From contig CM035357.1 in the NCBI GenBank assembly GCA_020137815.1, positions 1,426,001 through 1,490,000 on the forward strand: DNA of 64,000 bases. Reading direction: 5' to 3'. Numbering within the stretch: position 1 is the first letter of the stretch; every line of letters begins with the position of its first letter. Position numbers and translations under genes: made by a program. The stretch comes from Hormiphora californensis (Eukaryota; Animalia; Ctenophora). The notes under the pieces are model-generated. The model worked only from the letters and a program-made list of their open reading frames with translations. It did not search any database and was not told the DNA's origin. This document shows positions 1 to 12,100 of the stretch, in pieces.

Positions 1-3000
1 AGAATTCTGCTCTGTGACTTGTTAGTGCTCCTTTATCAAACACGCAATGGCAAAGTACAAAGTTTCCCCAATTTAATTAAATGCGAAATTCCAAAGTTTT
101 GGTCGATTTTGGCCAAAATTGCTGCCCTAAACTAACTATTGGACTGTGCGTTGCCGGGGAGACTGCTCGCTGGTGACTGAGAGATCATATGTTCTCAAAT
201 ATTGGTATTTGAGGCGGATTTAAGTTGCATTTTAGTGAGGGGAAGAGCTAATATTGGACAATAATGTAGCTGTAATTTAGTAGTGAGACCAGGCAAGGCT
301 CGAGAGACAGTTCAGTGGTAACTGGGAGGTCATGTGTGATGGAAATGAGAACTAGAGACAGATTTGAGTTGCATTTCATTGATGAAAATAGCCCTTTTTG
401 GTGTCTGAGACAAGCAAAAGTGAAACGAAATGCAACGTGACGAACGAGTAATGAATAGAATTCTGCTCTGTGACTTGTTAGTGCTCCTTTATCAAACACG
501 CAATGGCAAAGTACAAAGTTTCCCCAATTTAATTAAATGCGAAATTCCAAAGTTTTGGTCGATTTTGGCCAAAATTGCTGCCCTAAACTAACTATTGGAC
601 TGTGCGTTGCCGGGGAGACTGCTCGCTGGTGACTGAGAGATCATATGTTCTCAAATATTGGTATTTGAGGCGGATTTAAGTTGCATTTTAGTGAGGGGAA
701 GAGCTAATATTGGACAATAATGTAGCTGTAATTTAGTAGTGAGACCAGGCAAGGCTCGAGAGACAGTTCAGTGGTAACTGGGAGGTCATGTGTGATGGAA
801 ATGAGAACTAGAGACAGATTTGAGTTGCATTTTATTGATGAAAATAGCCCTTTTTGGTGTCTGAGACAAGCAAAAGTGAAACGAAATGCAACGTGACGAA
901 CGAGTAATGAATAGAATTCTGCTCTGTGACTTGTTAGTGCTCCTTTATCAAACACGCAATGGCAAAGTACAAAGTTTCCCCAATTTAATTAAATGCGAAA
1001 TTCCAAAGTTTTGGTCGATTTTGGCCAAAATTGCTGCCCTAAACTAACTATTGGACTGTGCGTTGCCGGGGAGACTGCTCGCTGGTGACTGAGAGATCAT
1101 ATGTTCTCAAATATTGGTATTTGAGGCGGATTTAAGTTGCATTTTAGTGAGGGGAAGAGCTAATATTGGACAATAATGTAGCTGTAATTTAGTAGTGAGA
1201 CCAGGCAAGGCTCGAGAGACAGTTCAGTGGTAACTGGGAGGTCATGTGTGATGGAAATGAGAACTAGAGACAGATTTGAGTTGCATTTTATTGATGAAAA
1301 TAGCCCTTTTTGGTGTCTGAGACAAGCAAAAGTGAAACGAAATGCAACGTGACGAACGAGTAATGAATAGAATTCTGCTCTGTGACTTGTTAGTGCTCCT
1401 TTATCAAACACGCAATGGCAAAGTACAAAGTTTCCCCAATTTAATTAAATGCGAAATTCCAAAGTTTTGGTCGATTTTGGCCAAAATTGCTGCCCTAAAC
1501 TAACTATTGGACTGTGCGTTGCCGGGGAGACTGCTCGCTGGTGACTGAGAGATCATATGTTCTCAAATATTGGTATTTGAGGCGGATTTAAGTTGCATTT
1601 TAGTGAGGGGAAGAGCTAATATTGGACAATAATGTAGCTGTAATTTAGTAGTGAGACCAGGCAAGGCTCGAGAGACAGTTCAGTGGTAACTGGGAGGTCA
1701 TGTGTGATGGAAATGAGAACTAGAGACAGATTTGAGTTGCATTTTATTGATGAAAATAGCCCTTTTTGGTGTCTGAGACAAGCAAAAGTGAAACGAAATG
1801 CAACGTGACGAACGAGTAATGAATAGAATTCTGCTCTGTGACTTGTTAGTGCTCCTTTATCAAACACGCAATGGCAAAGTACAAAGTTTCCCCAATTTAA
1901 TTAAATGCGAAATTCCAAAGTTTTGGTCGATTTTGGCCAAAATTGCTGCCCTAAACTAACTATTGGACTGTGCGTTGCCGGGGAGACTGCTCGCTGGTGA
2001 CTGAGAGATCATATGTTCTCAAATATTGGTATTTGAGGCGGATTTAAGTTGCATTTTAGTGAGGGGAAGAGCTAATATTGGACAATAATGTAGCTGTAAT
2101 TTAGTAGTGAGACCAGGCAAGGCTCGAGAGACAGTTCAGTGGTAACTGGGAGGTCATGTGTGATGGAAATGAGAACTAGAGACAGATTTGAGTTGCATTT
2201 TATTGATGAAAATAGCCCTTTTTGGTGTCTGAGACAAGCAAAAGTGAAACGAAATGCAACGTGACGAACGAGTAATGAATAGAATTCTGCTCTGTGACTT
2301 GTTAGTGCTCCTTTATCAAACACGCAATGGCAAAGTACAAAGTTTCCCCAATTTAATTAAATGCGAAATTCCAAAGTTTTGGTCGATTTTGGCCAAAATT
2401 GCTGCCCTAAACTAACTATTGGACTGTGCGTTGCCGGGGAGACTGCTCGCTGGTGACTGAGAGATCATATGTTCTCAAATATTGGTATTTGAGGCGGATT
2501 TAAGTTGCATTTTAGTGAGGGGAAGAGCTAATATTGGACAATAATGTAGCTGTAATTTAGTAGTGAGACCAGGCAAGGCTCGAGAGACAGTTCAGTGGTA
2601 ACTGGGAGGTCATGTGTGATGGAAATGAGAACTAGAGACAGATTTGAGTTGCATTTTATTGATGAAAATAGCCCTTTTTGGTGTCTGAGACAAGCAAAAG
2701 TGAAACGAAATGCAACGTGACGAACGAGTAATGAATAGAATTCTGCTCTGTGACTTGTTAGTGCTCCTTTATCAAACACGCAATGGCAAAGTACAAAGTT
2801 TCCCCAATTTAATTAAATGCGAAATTCCAAAGTTTTGGTCGATTTTGGCCAAAATTGCTGCCCTAAACTAACTATTGGACTGTGCGTTGCCGGGGAGACT
2901 GCTCGCTGGTGACTGAGAGATCATATGTTCTCAAATATTGGTATTTGAGGCGGATTTAAGTTGCATTTTAGTGAGGGGAAGAGCTAATATTGGACAATAA

Positions 3001-5009
3001 TGTAGCTGTAATTTAGTAGTGAGACCAGGCAAGGCTCGAGAGACAGTTCAGTGGTAACTGGGAGGTCATGTGTGATGGAAATGAGAACTAGAGACAGATT
3101 TGAGTTGCATTTTATTGATGAAAATAGCCCTTTTTGGTGTCTGAGACAAGCAAAAGTGAAACGAAATGCAACGTGACGAACGAGTAATGAATAGAATTCT
3201 GCTCTGTGACTTGTTAGTGCTCCTTTATCAAACACGCAATGGCAAAGTACAAAGTTTCCCCAATTTAATTAAATGCGAAATTCCAAAGTTTTGGTCGATT
3301 TTGGCCAAAATTGCTGCCCTAAACTAACTATTGGACTGTGCGTTGCCGGGGAGACTGCTCGCTGGTGACTGAGAGATCATATGTTCTCAAATATTGGTAT
3401 TTGAGGCGGATTTAAGTTGCATTTTAGTGAGGGGAAGAGCTAATATTGGACAATAATGTAGCTGTAATTTAGTAGTGAGACCAGGCAAGGCTCGAGAGAC
3501 AGTTCAGTGGTAACTGGGAGGTCATGTGTGATGGAAATGAGAACTAGAGACAGATTTGAGTTGCATTTTATTGATGAAAATAGCCCTTTTTGGTGTCTGA
3601 GACAAGCAAAAGTGAAACGAAATGCAACGTGACGAACGAGTAATGAATAGAATTCTGCTCTGTGACTTGTTAGTGCTCCTTTATCAAACACGCAATGGCA
3701 AAGTACAAAGTTTCCCCAATTTAATTAAATGCGAAATTCCAAAGTTTTGGTCGATTTTGGCCAAAATTGCTGCCCTAAACTAACTATTGGACTGTGCGTT
3801 GCCGGGGAGACTGCTCGCTGGTGACTGAGAGATCATATGTTCTCAAATATTGGTATTTGAGGCGGATTTAAGTTGCATTTTAGTGAGGGGAAGAGCTAAT
3901 ATTGGACAATAATGTAGCTGTAATTTAGTAGTGAGACCAGGCAAGGCTCGAGAGACAGTTCAGTGGTAACTGGGAGGTCATGTGTGATGGAAATGAGAAC
4001 TAGAGACAGATTTGAGTTGCATTTTATTGATGAAAATAGCCCTTTTTGGTGTCTGAGACAAGCAAAAGTGAAACGAAATGCAACGTGACGAACGAGTAAT
4101 GAATAGAATTCTGCTCTGTGACTTGTTAGTGCTCCTTTATCAAACACGCAATGGCAAAGTACAAAGTTTCCCCAATTTAATTAAATGCGAAATTCCAAAG
4201 TTTTGGTCGATTTTGGCCAAAATTGCTGCCCTAAACTAACTATTGGACTGTGCGTTGCCGGGGAGACTGCTCGCTGGTGACTGAGAGATCATATGTTCTC
4301 AAATATTGGTATTTGAGGCGGATTTAAGTTGCATTTTAGTGAGGGGAAGAGCTAATATTGGACAATAATGTAGCTGTAATTTAGTAGTGAGACCAGGCAA
4401 GGCTCGAGAGACAGTTCAGTGGTAACTGGGAGGTCATGTGTGATGGAAATGAGAACTAGAGACAGATTTGAGTTGCATTTTATTGATGAAAATAGCCCTT
4501 TTTGGTGTCTGAGACAAGCAAAAGTGAAACGAAATGCAACGTGACGAACGAGTAATGAATAGAATTCTGCTCTGTGACTTGTTAGTGCTCCTTTATCAAA
4601 CACGCAATGGCAAAGTACAAAGTTTCCCCAATTTAATTAAATGCGAAATTCCAAAGTTTTGGTCGATTTTGGCCAAAATTGCTGCCCTAAACTAACTATT
4701 GGACTGTGCGTTGCCGGGGAGACTGCTCGCTGGTGACTGAGAGATCATATGTTCTCAAATATTGGTATTTGAGGCGGATTTAAGTTGCATTTTAGTGAGG
4801 GGAAGAGCTAATATTGGACAATAATGTAGCTGTAATTTAGTAGTGAGACCAGGCAAGGCTCGAGAGACAGTTCAGTGGTAACTGGGAGGTCATGTGTGAT
4901 GGAAATGAGAACTAGAGACAGATTTGAGTTGCATTTTATTGATGAAAATAGCCCTTTTTGGTGTCTGAGACAAGCAAAAGTGAAACGAAATGCAACGTGA
5001 CGAACGAGT
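1..5009. repeat. Satellite array, 456-bp unit, ~11 copies (continues beyond window start)
   Basis: Unit start agaattctgc recurs at 1, 457, ... 4561. Copies are near-identical; one variant seen at 377 in copy 1. Confidence 0.98.
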
Positions 5010-5351
5010 CGGTGGTCGTTCGTTCAGCGGTATCTAAGCGACAGTGCTCCTTCATAAAACACTCTAAGTGACCAAAGCTGTAAAGCTGTTATTCACACTT
5101 TTGGAACTTCCAGGGGAAGTTTGTTAATATTTTCGAATGACTTTTAACATGCCAGTCCCCATAGTTACCACTTCAGTTGCCATGGCAACCGTGTTTTTGA
5201 CGTTGAAAGGGGCGAAAAGAACCATCCGGCGAAGCCGGGTGGGTTATCAAAATGCCCTTACTTGAGGCGCACCCAATGGGTGCGCTAGTATAATATATAA
5301 TACTAAAGTCGGAAAACTTCAAAAAATCCGACTTTAGCTCATTAATTAATT

Positions 5352-5476
5352 CTAAAGTGCGTTTCAAACGACTTGACCTGAGATTCCTGGAAATTCAGGA
5401 TTTCCCCTTTGTAAATACACGTGCAATGCGCCAAATTCCAAGAATTACGGGTCAAGTCGCTTGAAACGGACTTTAG
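5352..5476. mobile_element. Small MITE with ~27-bp TIRs
   Basis: ctaaagtgcgtttcaaacgacttgacc ... ggtcaagtcgcttgaaacggactttag (2 mismatches). Confidence 0.65.
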
Positions 5477-5653
5477 TAAAAGTCAAGTTAATAACACCCA
5501 GTAGCTTCTCTATCGCACAGCCCCCTCCCTCCGGATTCCGATTAGGGCTGCTACCATTATTGCTACTGCAGGGGTGTCCGGGGGCTTGATACTAACCAGT
5601 GGTTACCATCATGGTAGCTTGTAACCATGGTAACCAATACCCTCCCATACCAG

Positions 5654-6446
5654 GTGGTAAAGTGGAGGAACTAGCTGAACAAATTGAGAAGACTCTTACA
5701 AAAGATGAGACATGTCAAATATCCATCACCCCTATTACATACCCCTCGCAGTGTGTAGAGGTAAGTACAGCTGCTAAATTAGGGCCTGACTTGTCTGAGA
5801 ACCCCCTGCTGAACAGACATGTTCCTCGTCTGTCAGCTCTCACACCTGGCCGAAGGCCCGGTGTGAGCTTACGCGAGCCCGAAGGGCGAGCGTAAGCGAG
5901 GCGCCTAAACTCTAAAGGGCCGAATGGACAGACTGCGTAGCATGGCAATTTTTTAGCATTGCTAATTCCTCTCGACTCGAGATTCTCGAGCTTTTCTTAG
6001 TTTTCATAATCGTAACGCATACATACACAGATTGTACCCAGATTTCTTCCTTTAGGTTGTAATGCGAGATATAGACTACGGACAGTCCCCACAAAGTCTA
6101 CTGGAAGGCAAGAAGTGGGGCCCAACTACCAATCTTTACTCCCTCAACATGGCTTGCCGACTAAGCGATCTGCTGGATTTCAGTCAGTCCATGGTGAGTT
6201 CCCTGATCACTACCCACTACCTGCACTACCTGATCACACCCACGTCCTAGTGGGACGGTTCCACTACCCTCTCCCCACTACCTGATCACACCCACTATCT
6301 CCGCCCACTACCTGATCACATCGCACCCACTATCTCAACAGGAAGTCCAGGAGATGTGGATTAGTGATGGGGGTGTATTCAGACAGGTCTTCCCAACTGC
6401 TGATATTGAACTTGAGGTTAATCCAGCCACTCTTCATGTTGCGTGA
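5654..6446 (+). CDS. Last three exons of an unidentified gene (5654-5760, 6056-6193, 6342-6446)
   Basis: Canonical AG/GT boundaries join in phase: GKVEELAEQIEKTLTKDETCQISITPITYPSQCVE / VVMRDIDYGQSPQSLLEGKKWGPTTNLYSLNMACRLSDLLDFSQSM / EVQEMWISDGGVFRQVFPTADIELEVNPATLHVA*. No family recognised. Confidence 0.65.
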
Positions 6447-7687
6447 ACAGTGACCACCGCTACGAGGCGCAGTGAGACAGGGTAACACCCACCCGTTTAC
6501 TGTTGATGTTAATTCACCCGGAGATTGGACTTGAGTGTAACATGTATTTCCGAGCTGCGTGCAAAATTAAAAGACACAGATTTATGTTGCCTACTGTTCT
6601 TTTACTCGAAAGATAAAAACATTTTAATATCGATTTGATTGAGATGATACGAGTATGGAATTCTAACATTAACATGAACAGCTTTTTATTTTACATTGGC
6701 TAAGTTTTTCCCATAAAGTGTAACAGGTAACTGAGTCTAAAGTATGTTTGTTTTAGCGTTTGTTCATTTAAATCATATCTAGATTTCTACTGAAAGTGTA
6801 GATCAAGGTGTTAAGTCTGATCTTGATGTAAATGCCAGATCAGAATCTGTCAATACCTCAGTCACACTGACAGACTCAAACAGTGAGCTCAGCTCAGCTG
6901 AGATCGAGACTCAAGAGTCTCACTGAGACTGGGTGTGAGAAAAGGCTACAAATATTATTGTTTCGTTTATACATTCCCTTCCGATAAAGTTATATTTATT
7001 ACAGTTTTGCCTAACAATTGCATTTGAACTTAATTCATTACGTTTACCAAAATTCTAGTTTTATTTTGTTTCCAATTTATGCCTCTTGCATGGCACTGTC
7101 TGGCGGCACCGCCCGACCCGATTTGAGCAGTGAGCCTGTCTAGTGTCTTGGCCGGGGGCGCCAACCCGATCGGAGCACTGTCTGTCAAGGTTACAATGCC
7201 TAAATGGCATGGAGGTCTGGAAAATCGAGGTTGGATTGAAATGTAACACGCTGAACTTTTATTTAAACGCTGCGCGTACTTGCCGCGCACGATTTTTATA
7301 TTATTAAATTTAAAACTTCCAAAAAAATGAAAAACTCGCACGTTTTCAGTTTTGTGCCACACAACTCCGTCATTTCTCCACTGATTCTTATTTTCTTCAT
7401 TCTTGGGCTTGTTGGAATGTAGACAATAATTTCTTTCCAACAAGCCCAAGGAAATTAGAATCAGTAAAGAAATGGCGGAGTTATGACACAAAACTTCAAA
7501 TCAAATCAAATTTTACACAATATAAACGCGTGCGGATTTCCCAGCGAGTGGGTCATCCTTGACAATCACTCTTAACAATCAGTCTCATACATATAACATC
7601 CCCTTCTAACTAACAGTCAGTCTGGCAGTATTATTACAAAACTAAGCAGTCCGTTTCTCCTTCTAAATATATCTGTTCCTCTCCCCT

Positions 7688-8961
7688 TTTCAACACTACT
7701 TTAAACAAATTAATTTGAGATATGTCCTCAGGATGTTGAGACCGCCCGTAGGGGCAGGCAGAAGTTATGACGGAGAAACTCAATACCTCTGATGCAGATG
7801 CCGATCCACTGGAATGCTGGGGTTTGTCGATGATGGAAAAACTTCGTTGTGCAGTAGAGGACGTTTTTTATATCAAGAACGGGCTCAAACAACCAAGTGA
7901 ACAACAGGTTGATGGAGTATTGTCCAAGTTATTGGATTCTAGTTTGTATGATGATCCTGAGCAGTACATTGAGGACACACTGCCGAAAGACTCCGAAATG
8001 AGAAAGTATAATGTTGATCGTTTCATGGCTTTCACCGAGAACCTCTCTCGTCATATTTTTCGGATAGTGAGAGAAATAGGACCAGTTATGAAGGAGAAAC
8101 GTCTGTATGCAACTGCCCGAATGAAAGAACGCCTGGAACTAGAGGAGTGTAATCAGAAGCTCAAGGAGGTACAAGAAGAGCTTGGCACTTTTAAGGAAGA
8201 AATCGACAAACATCGGGTATCAAGGATTGAACTGCAAGAGAAGCTGATTGAAGCACAAAATACTTTGATTGAAGTACAAGGTCGGAAACTTAGTTCAGTG
8301 TCAGAGTCTGTTCAGAAGCAATTGCAGGGCTACTCCAAGGTGCTGGTACAGAATTGCTCTGCAGCTATTACACCATCCCGCCTCCAAGCAGCATTGAAGA
8401 AAGCGACTGTACCCCATCCAAGTACAACCGCGGAAGAAGCAACTCTTGATCGCAAGTTGAATTTGGTTATATTTGGGCTGCCAGAAACTACGGCAAGGGC
8501 TACTGAGCATGAAGTTCAGGATATCTTTGGAGAGCTCAATGAAAAACCAGTCATATCTTCTACAAAGCGTATTGGCGAAAAGACTGATAACCGACCGAGA
8601 CCAGTAATTGTTACACTTGAAAGGAGGGAAACTTTGTTACAACTTCTAAGAAAAGCAAAACAGCTCCGAGATTCAGAGAAATTCTCCTCGGTGTTTCTCT
8701 CCCCCGACCTAACACCGGAGGAGCAGCGAGAGCGGAAAACTCTCGTTGATACAGTGAAAGGACTGAGGCGAGACAATCCGAATGGACGATACTGGGTTAG
8801 CAGGGGGGTAATTAAATGTGGCTGACCTGCTACATGTAATTTGTACTCTAAAGAGACTTCAAAAGGAACCTTATGACTATCAATTTAGCCCACAAAAAGG
8901 GGCAGTATATGTTGTATTTTATCCAATGTATACATTTTAGATTTAATAATAATAATAATAA
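7688..8961 (+). mobile_element. ORF1-only non-LTR retroelement
   Basis: Single ORF, short 3' UTR, (AAT)n tail at 8945-8961, candidate 6-bp TSD tcccct (7682-7687 / 8962-8967). Confidence 0.6.
7767..8825 (+). CDS. LINE (CR1/L2-like) ORF1-type protein, coiled coil + RRM-like domain, 352 aa
   Basis: Intronless ORF with a heptad-rich region, then DRKLNLVIFGLPE...RIG...RPRPVIVTL...VFLSPDLTPEEQRERK, typical of LINE ORF1 proteins. Confidence 0.8.
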   Translation: MTEKLNTSDADADPLECWGLSMMEKLRCAVEDVFYIKNGLKQPSEQQVDGVLSKLLDSSLYDDPEQYIEDTLPKDSEMRKYNVDRFMAFTENLSRHIFRIVREIGPVMKEKRLYATARMKERLELEECNQKLKEVQEELGTFKEEIDKHRVSRIELQEKLIEAQNTLIEVQGRKLSSVSESVQKQLQGYSKVLVQNCSAAITPSRLQAALKKATVPHPSTTAEEATLDRKLNLVIFGLPETTARATEHEVQDIFGELNEKPVISSTKRIGEKTDNRPRPVIVTLERRETLLQLLRKAKQLRDSEKFSSVFLSPDLTPEEQRERKTLVDTVKGLRRDNPNGRYWVSRGVIKCG

Positions 8962-9109
8962 TCCCCTCTAAGAAAGTCTCAAGTAAGTCTCATTCCAACT
9001 GCCAACAGTCTAACAGTCCGTTTCTCCAACCCACTCTAACAGTCTGTTTCTCCTACCCACTCTAGCAGTCTGTTTCTCCTACCCAATTGCTAACAGTCTG
9101 TTTCACCGA

Positions 9110-12100
9110 CCACAACTGCCGGTCCCTCCAACTTGTCCTCATCGACCTCCCATTCAGGCTTCTTCTGTAGAGACTTTAGGATGTTCCTTTTAGTCATGGT
9201 GTTGTACAGCCAGTGCAGTACATCGTGCTGTACAAAGAGGAGGGTAATCGTCTGGATGAACGTCTCTATTGTTAGTACCAGTTGAATGTACCTAGGATGG
9301 TTGATATCAGAATGTTGGTTAGGAAATATGAAATGGAAAACATGATAGAAGGAGGGGAAACTTGGCTGTTATCTCCAATAATTACATGGGGTAGTAGATG
9401 AAGATGGATTGTTTTATGAAGGAGTAAATACTCACATGGGATAATAGAGGAGGGCAATGTGAAGATTAATTCCTTCGTAGTCGAAGTCGTTCTTTAGGAC
9501 ATTGTAGATGTACTTGTGGTAGAACATTCCATAATGGAATTCATTCTGATAGGGGAGAGGAACAGGTTTATATTGGTATAATTATCCTGTTAGCGGCTAA
9601 TGATAATTATTAGAGAATGCAGATCTACCAAAATAGTTCATGGGAATCGTGCTACAAATATATCTCTTATACAGGGTGTGAACTGCATGTCGTGTTTGCT
9701 AGTCGCGAGCGCGCTTGCGAGACAAGCAAACACGTCAAGGTTCATTAACAAGCATGCTGCTCAGTCATTTTAGATTTAATACACAATGTAAGGATACCAT
9801 GTAATAGGTGAGACTCTTGCCGTCACCCTCGTTCAAGTCCCGTGAAAAACGGAGCAGTACACGCAAACTGATGCCCATTTTCCTCGCGTGACCCCGATTC
9901 AGCAGTTTGAGACACCAACTCTTTAGGGGGCCATATCTCAGGAACCAGACAAGATAGGAAAAATCGCCGTCTAACGAGGCGTACAGTTTTTAATCTAGTT
10001 TACCACTGTACCGGCCGTTTCACTCTCCGACCTAAAACAAAAACCGCAACCCCACAAAACTTCAAAATAATGAAATTCGCATGTCGCATGTCGTGTTGCA
10101 TGTCGTGTCATGTTATTGACACGCTCGCGTTCAACTCTCACACAGCAGCTGCAGAACATGGCGGGAAACATCGAGGAGTAGAGAGAGGGTCGGTGCCGAA
10201 TATTTCTTGATCTTGATCTACTCCATCTCTCAGCTATCCTACCCCTCATCAACTCGATCTCTCAGCTACCCTACCCCTCATCTACTCCATCTTTCAGCTA
10301 CCCTACCCCTCATCTACTCCATCTTTCAGCTACCCTACCCCTTATCTAGTCCATCTCTCAGCTACCCTACTCCTCATCTACTCCATCTCTCAGCTTCCCT
10401 ACTAGGGAAGCATAGAGATGGAAACGATTAGGGTTAGGGAATCCTTATCCATAATCGTTTCCATCTCTATGCTTCCCTAGCCCTCATCAACTCCATCTTT
10501 CAGCTACCCTACCCCTAATCTATTCCATCTCTCCGCTACCCTACTCCTCATCTACTCCATCTCTCAGCTACCCTACCTCCCATTTACTCCATCTCTCAGC
10601 TACCCTACCTCCCATTTACTACATCTCTCAGCTTCCCTACCTCCCATTTACTCCATCTCTCAGCTTACCTACCTCCCATTTACTCCATATCTCAGCTTCC
10701 CTACCTGCCATTTACTCCATCTCTCAGATACCCTACCTCCCATTTACTCCATCTCTCAGCTACCTTGCCTCCCATTTACTCCATTTCTCAGCTTCCCTAC
10801 CTCTCATTTACTCCATCTCTCAGCTACCCTACCTCCCATTTACTCCATCTCTCAGCTTCCCTACCTCCCATTTACTCCATCTCTCAGCTACCCTACCTCC
10901 CATTTACTCCATCTCTCAGCTTCCCTACCTCCCATTTACTCCATCTCTCAGCTACCTTACCTTCCATTTACTCCATCTCTCAGCTACCCTACCTCCCATT
11001 TACTCCATTTCTTAGATTCCCTACCTCTCATTTACTCCATCTCTCAGCTTCCCTACCTCCCATTTACTCCATATCTCAGCTTCCCTACCTCCCATTTACT
11101 CCATCTCTCAGCTACCCTACCTCCTATTTACTCCATCTCTCAGCTTCCCTACCTCCCATTTACTCCATCTCTCAGCTACCTTACCTTCCATTTACTCCAT
11201 CTCTCAACTTCCCTACCTCCCATTTACTCCATCTCTCAGCTACCCTACCTCCCATTTACTCCATCTCTCAGCTACCTTACCTCCCATTTACTCCATCTCT
11301 CAGCTTCCCTACCTCCCATTTACTCCATCTCTCAGCTTCCCTACCTCCCATTTACTCCATCTCTCAGGGGTAGGAATGTTAGGATAAATGAGAAATGGAG
11401 TAAATGGGAGGTAGGGAAGCTGAGAGATGGAGTAAATGGGAGGTAGGGCAGCTGAGAGATGGAGTAAATGGGAGGTAGGGAAGCTGAGAGATGGAGTAAA
11501 TGGGAGGTAGGGAAGCTGAGAGATGGAGTATTTATGGGAGGTAAGGAAGCTGAGAGATGGAGTAAATGGGAGGTAGGGAAGCTGAGAGATGGAGTAAATG
11601 AGGGGTACGGAAGCTGAGAGATGGAGTAAATGGGAGGTAGGAAAGGTAAGAGATGGAGTAAATGGGAGGTAGGGAAGCTGAGAGATGGAGTGAATGGGAG
11701 GTAGGGAAGGTAAGCGATGGAGTAAATGGGAGGTAGGGAAGCTGAGAGATGGAGTAAATGGGAGGTAGGGAAGCTGAGAGATGGAGTAAATGGGAGGTAG
11801 GGTAGCTGAGAGATGGAGTAAATGGGAGGTAGGGTAGCTGAGAGATGGAGTAGATGAGGAGTAGGGTAGCGGAGAGATGGACTAGATTAGGGGTAGGGTA
11901 GCTGAAAGATGGAGTTGATGAGGGCTAGGGAAGCATAGAGATGGAAACGATTATGGATAGGGATTCCCTACCCCTAATCGTTTCCATCTTTATGCTTCCC
12001 TAATAGGGAAGCTGAGAGATGGAGTAGATGAGGAGTAGGGTAGCTGAGAGATGGAGTTGATGAGGGGTAGGATAGCTGAGAGATGGAGTAGATCAAGATC

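Noticed and set aside
248-4603. Ten 83-aa ORFs as a tandem gene family
   Set aside because: They are a by-product of the 456-bp satellite: the start codon is GTG rather than ATG and no domain is recognisable.
10217-12093. CRISPR-like array of 32-bp repeats (also 45295-47114 and 49285-49689)
   Set aside because: Units are head-to-tail with no unique spacers, there are no cas genes, and the context is eukaryotic.
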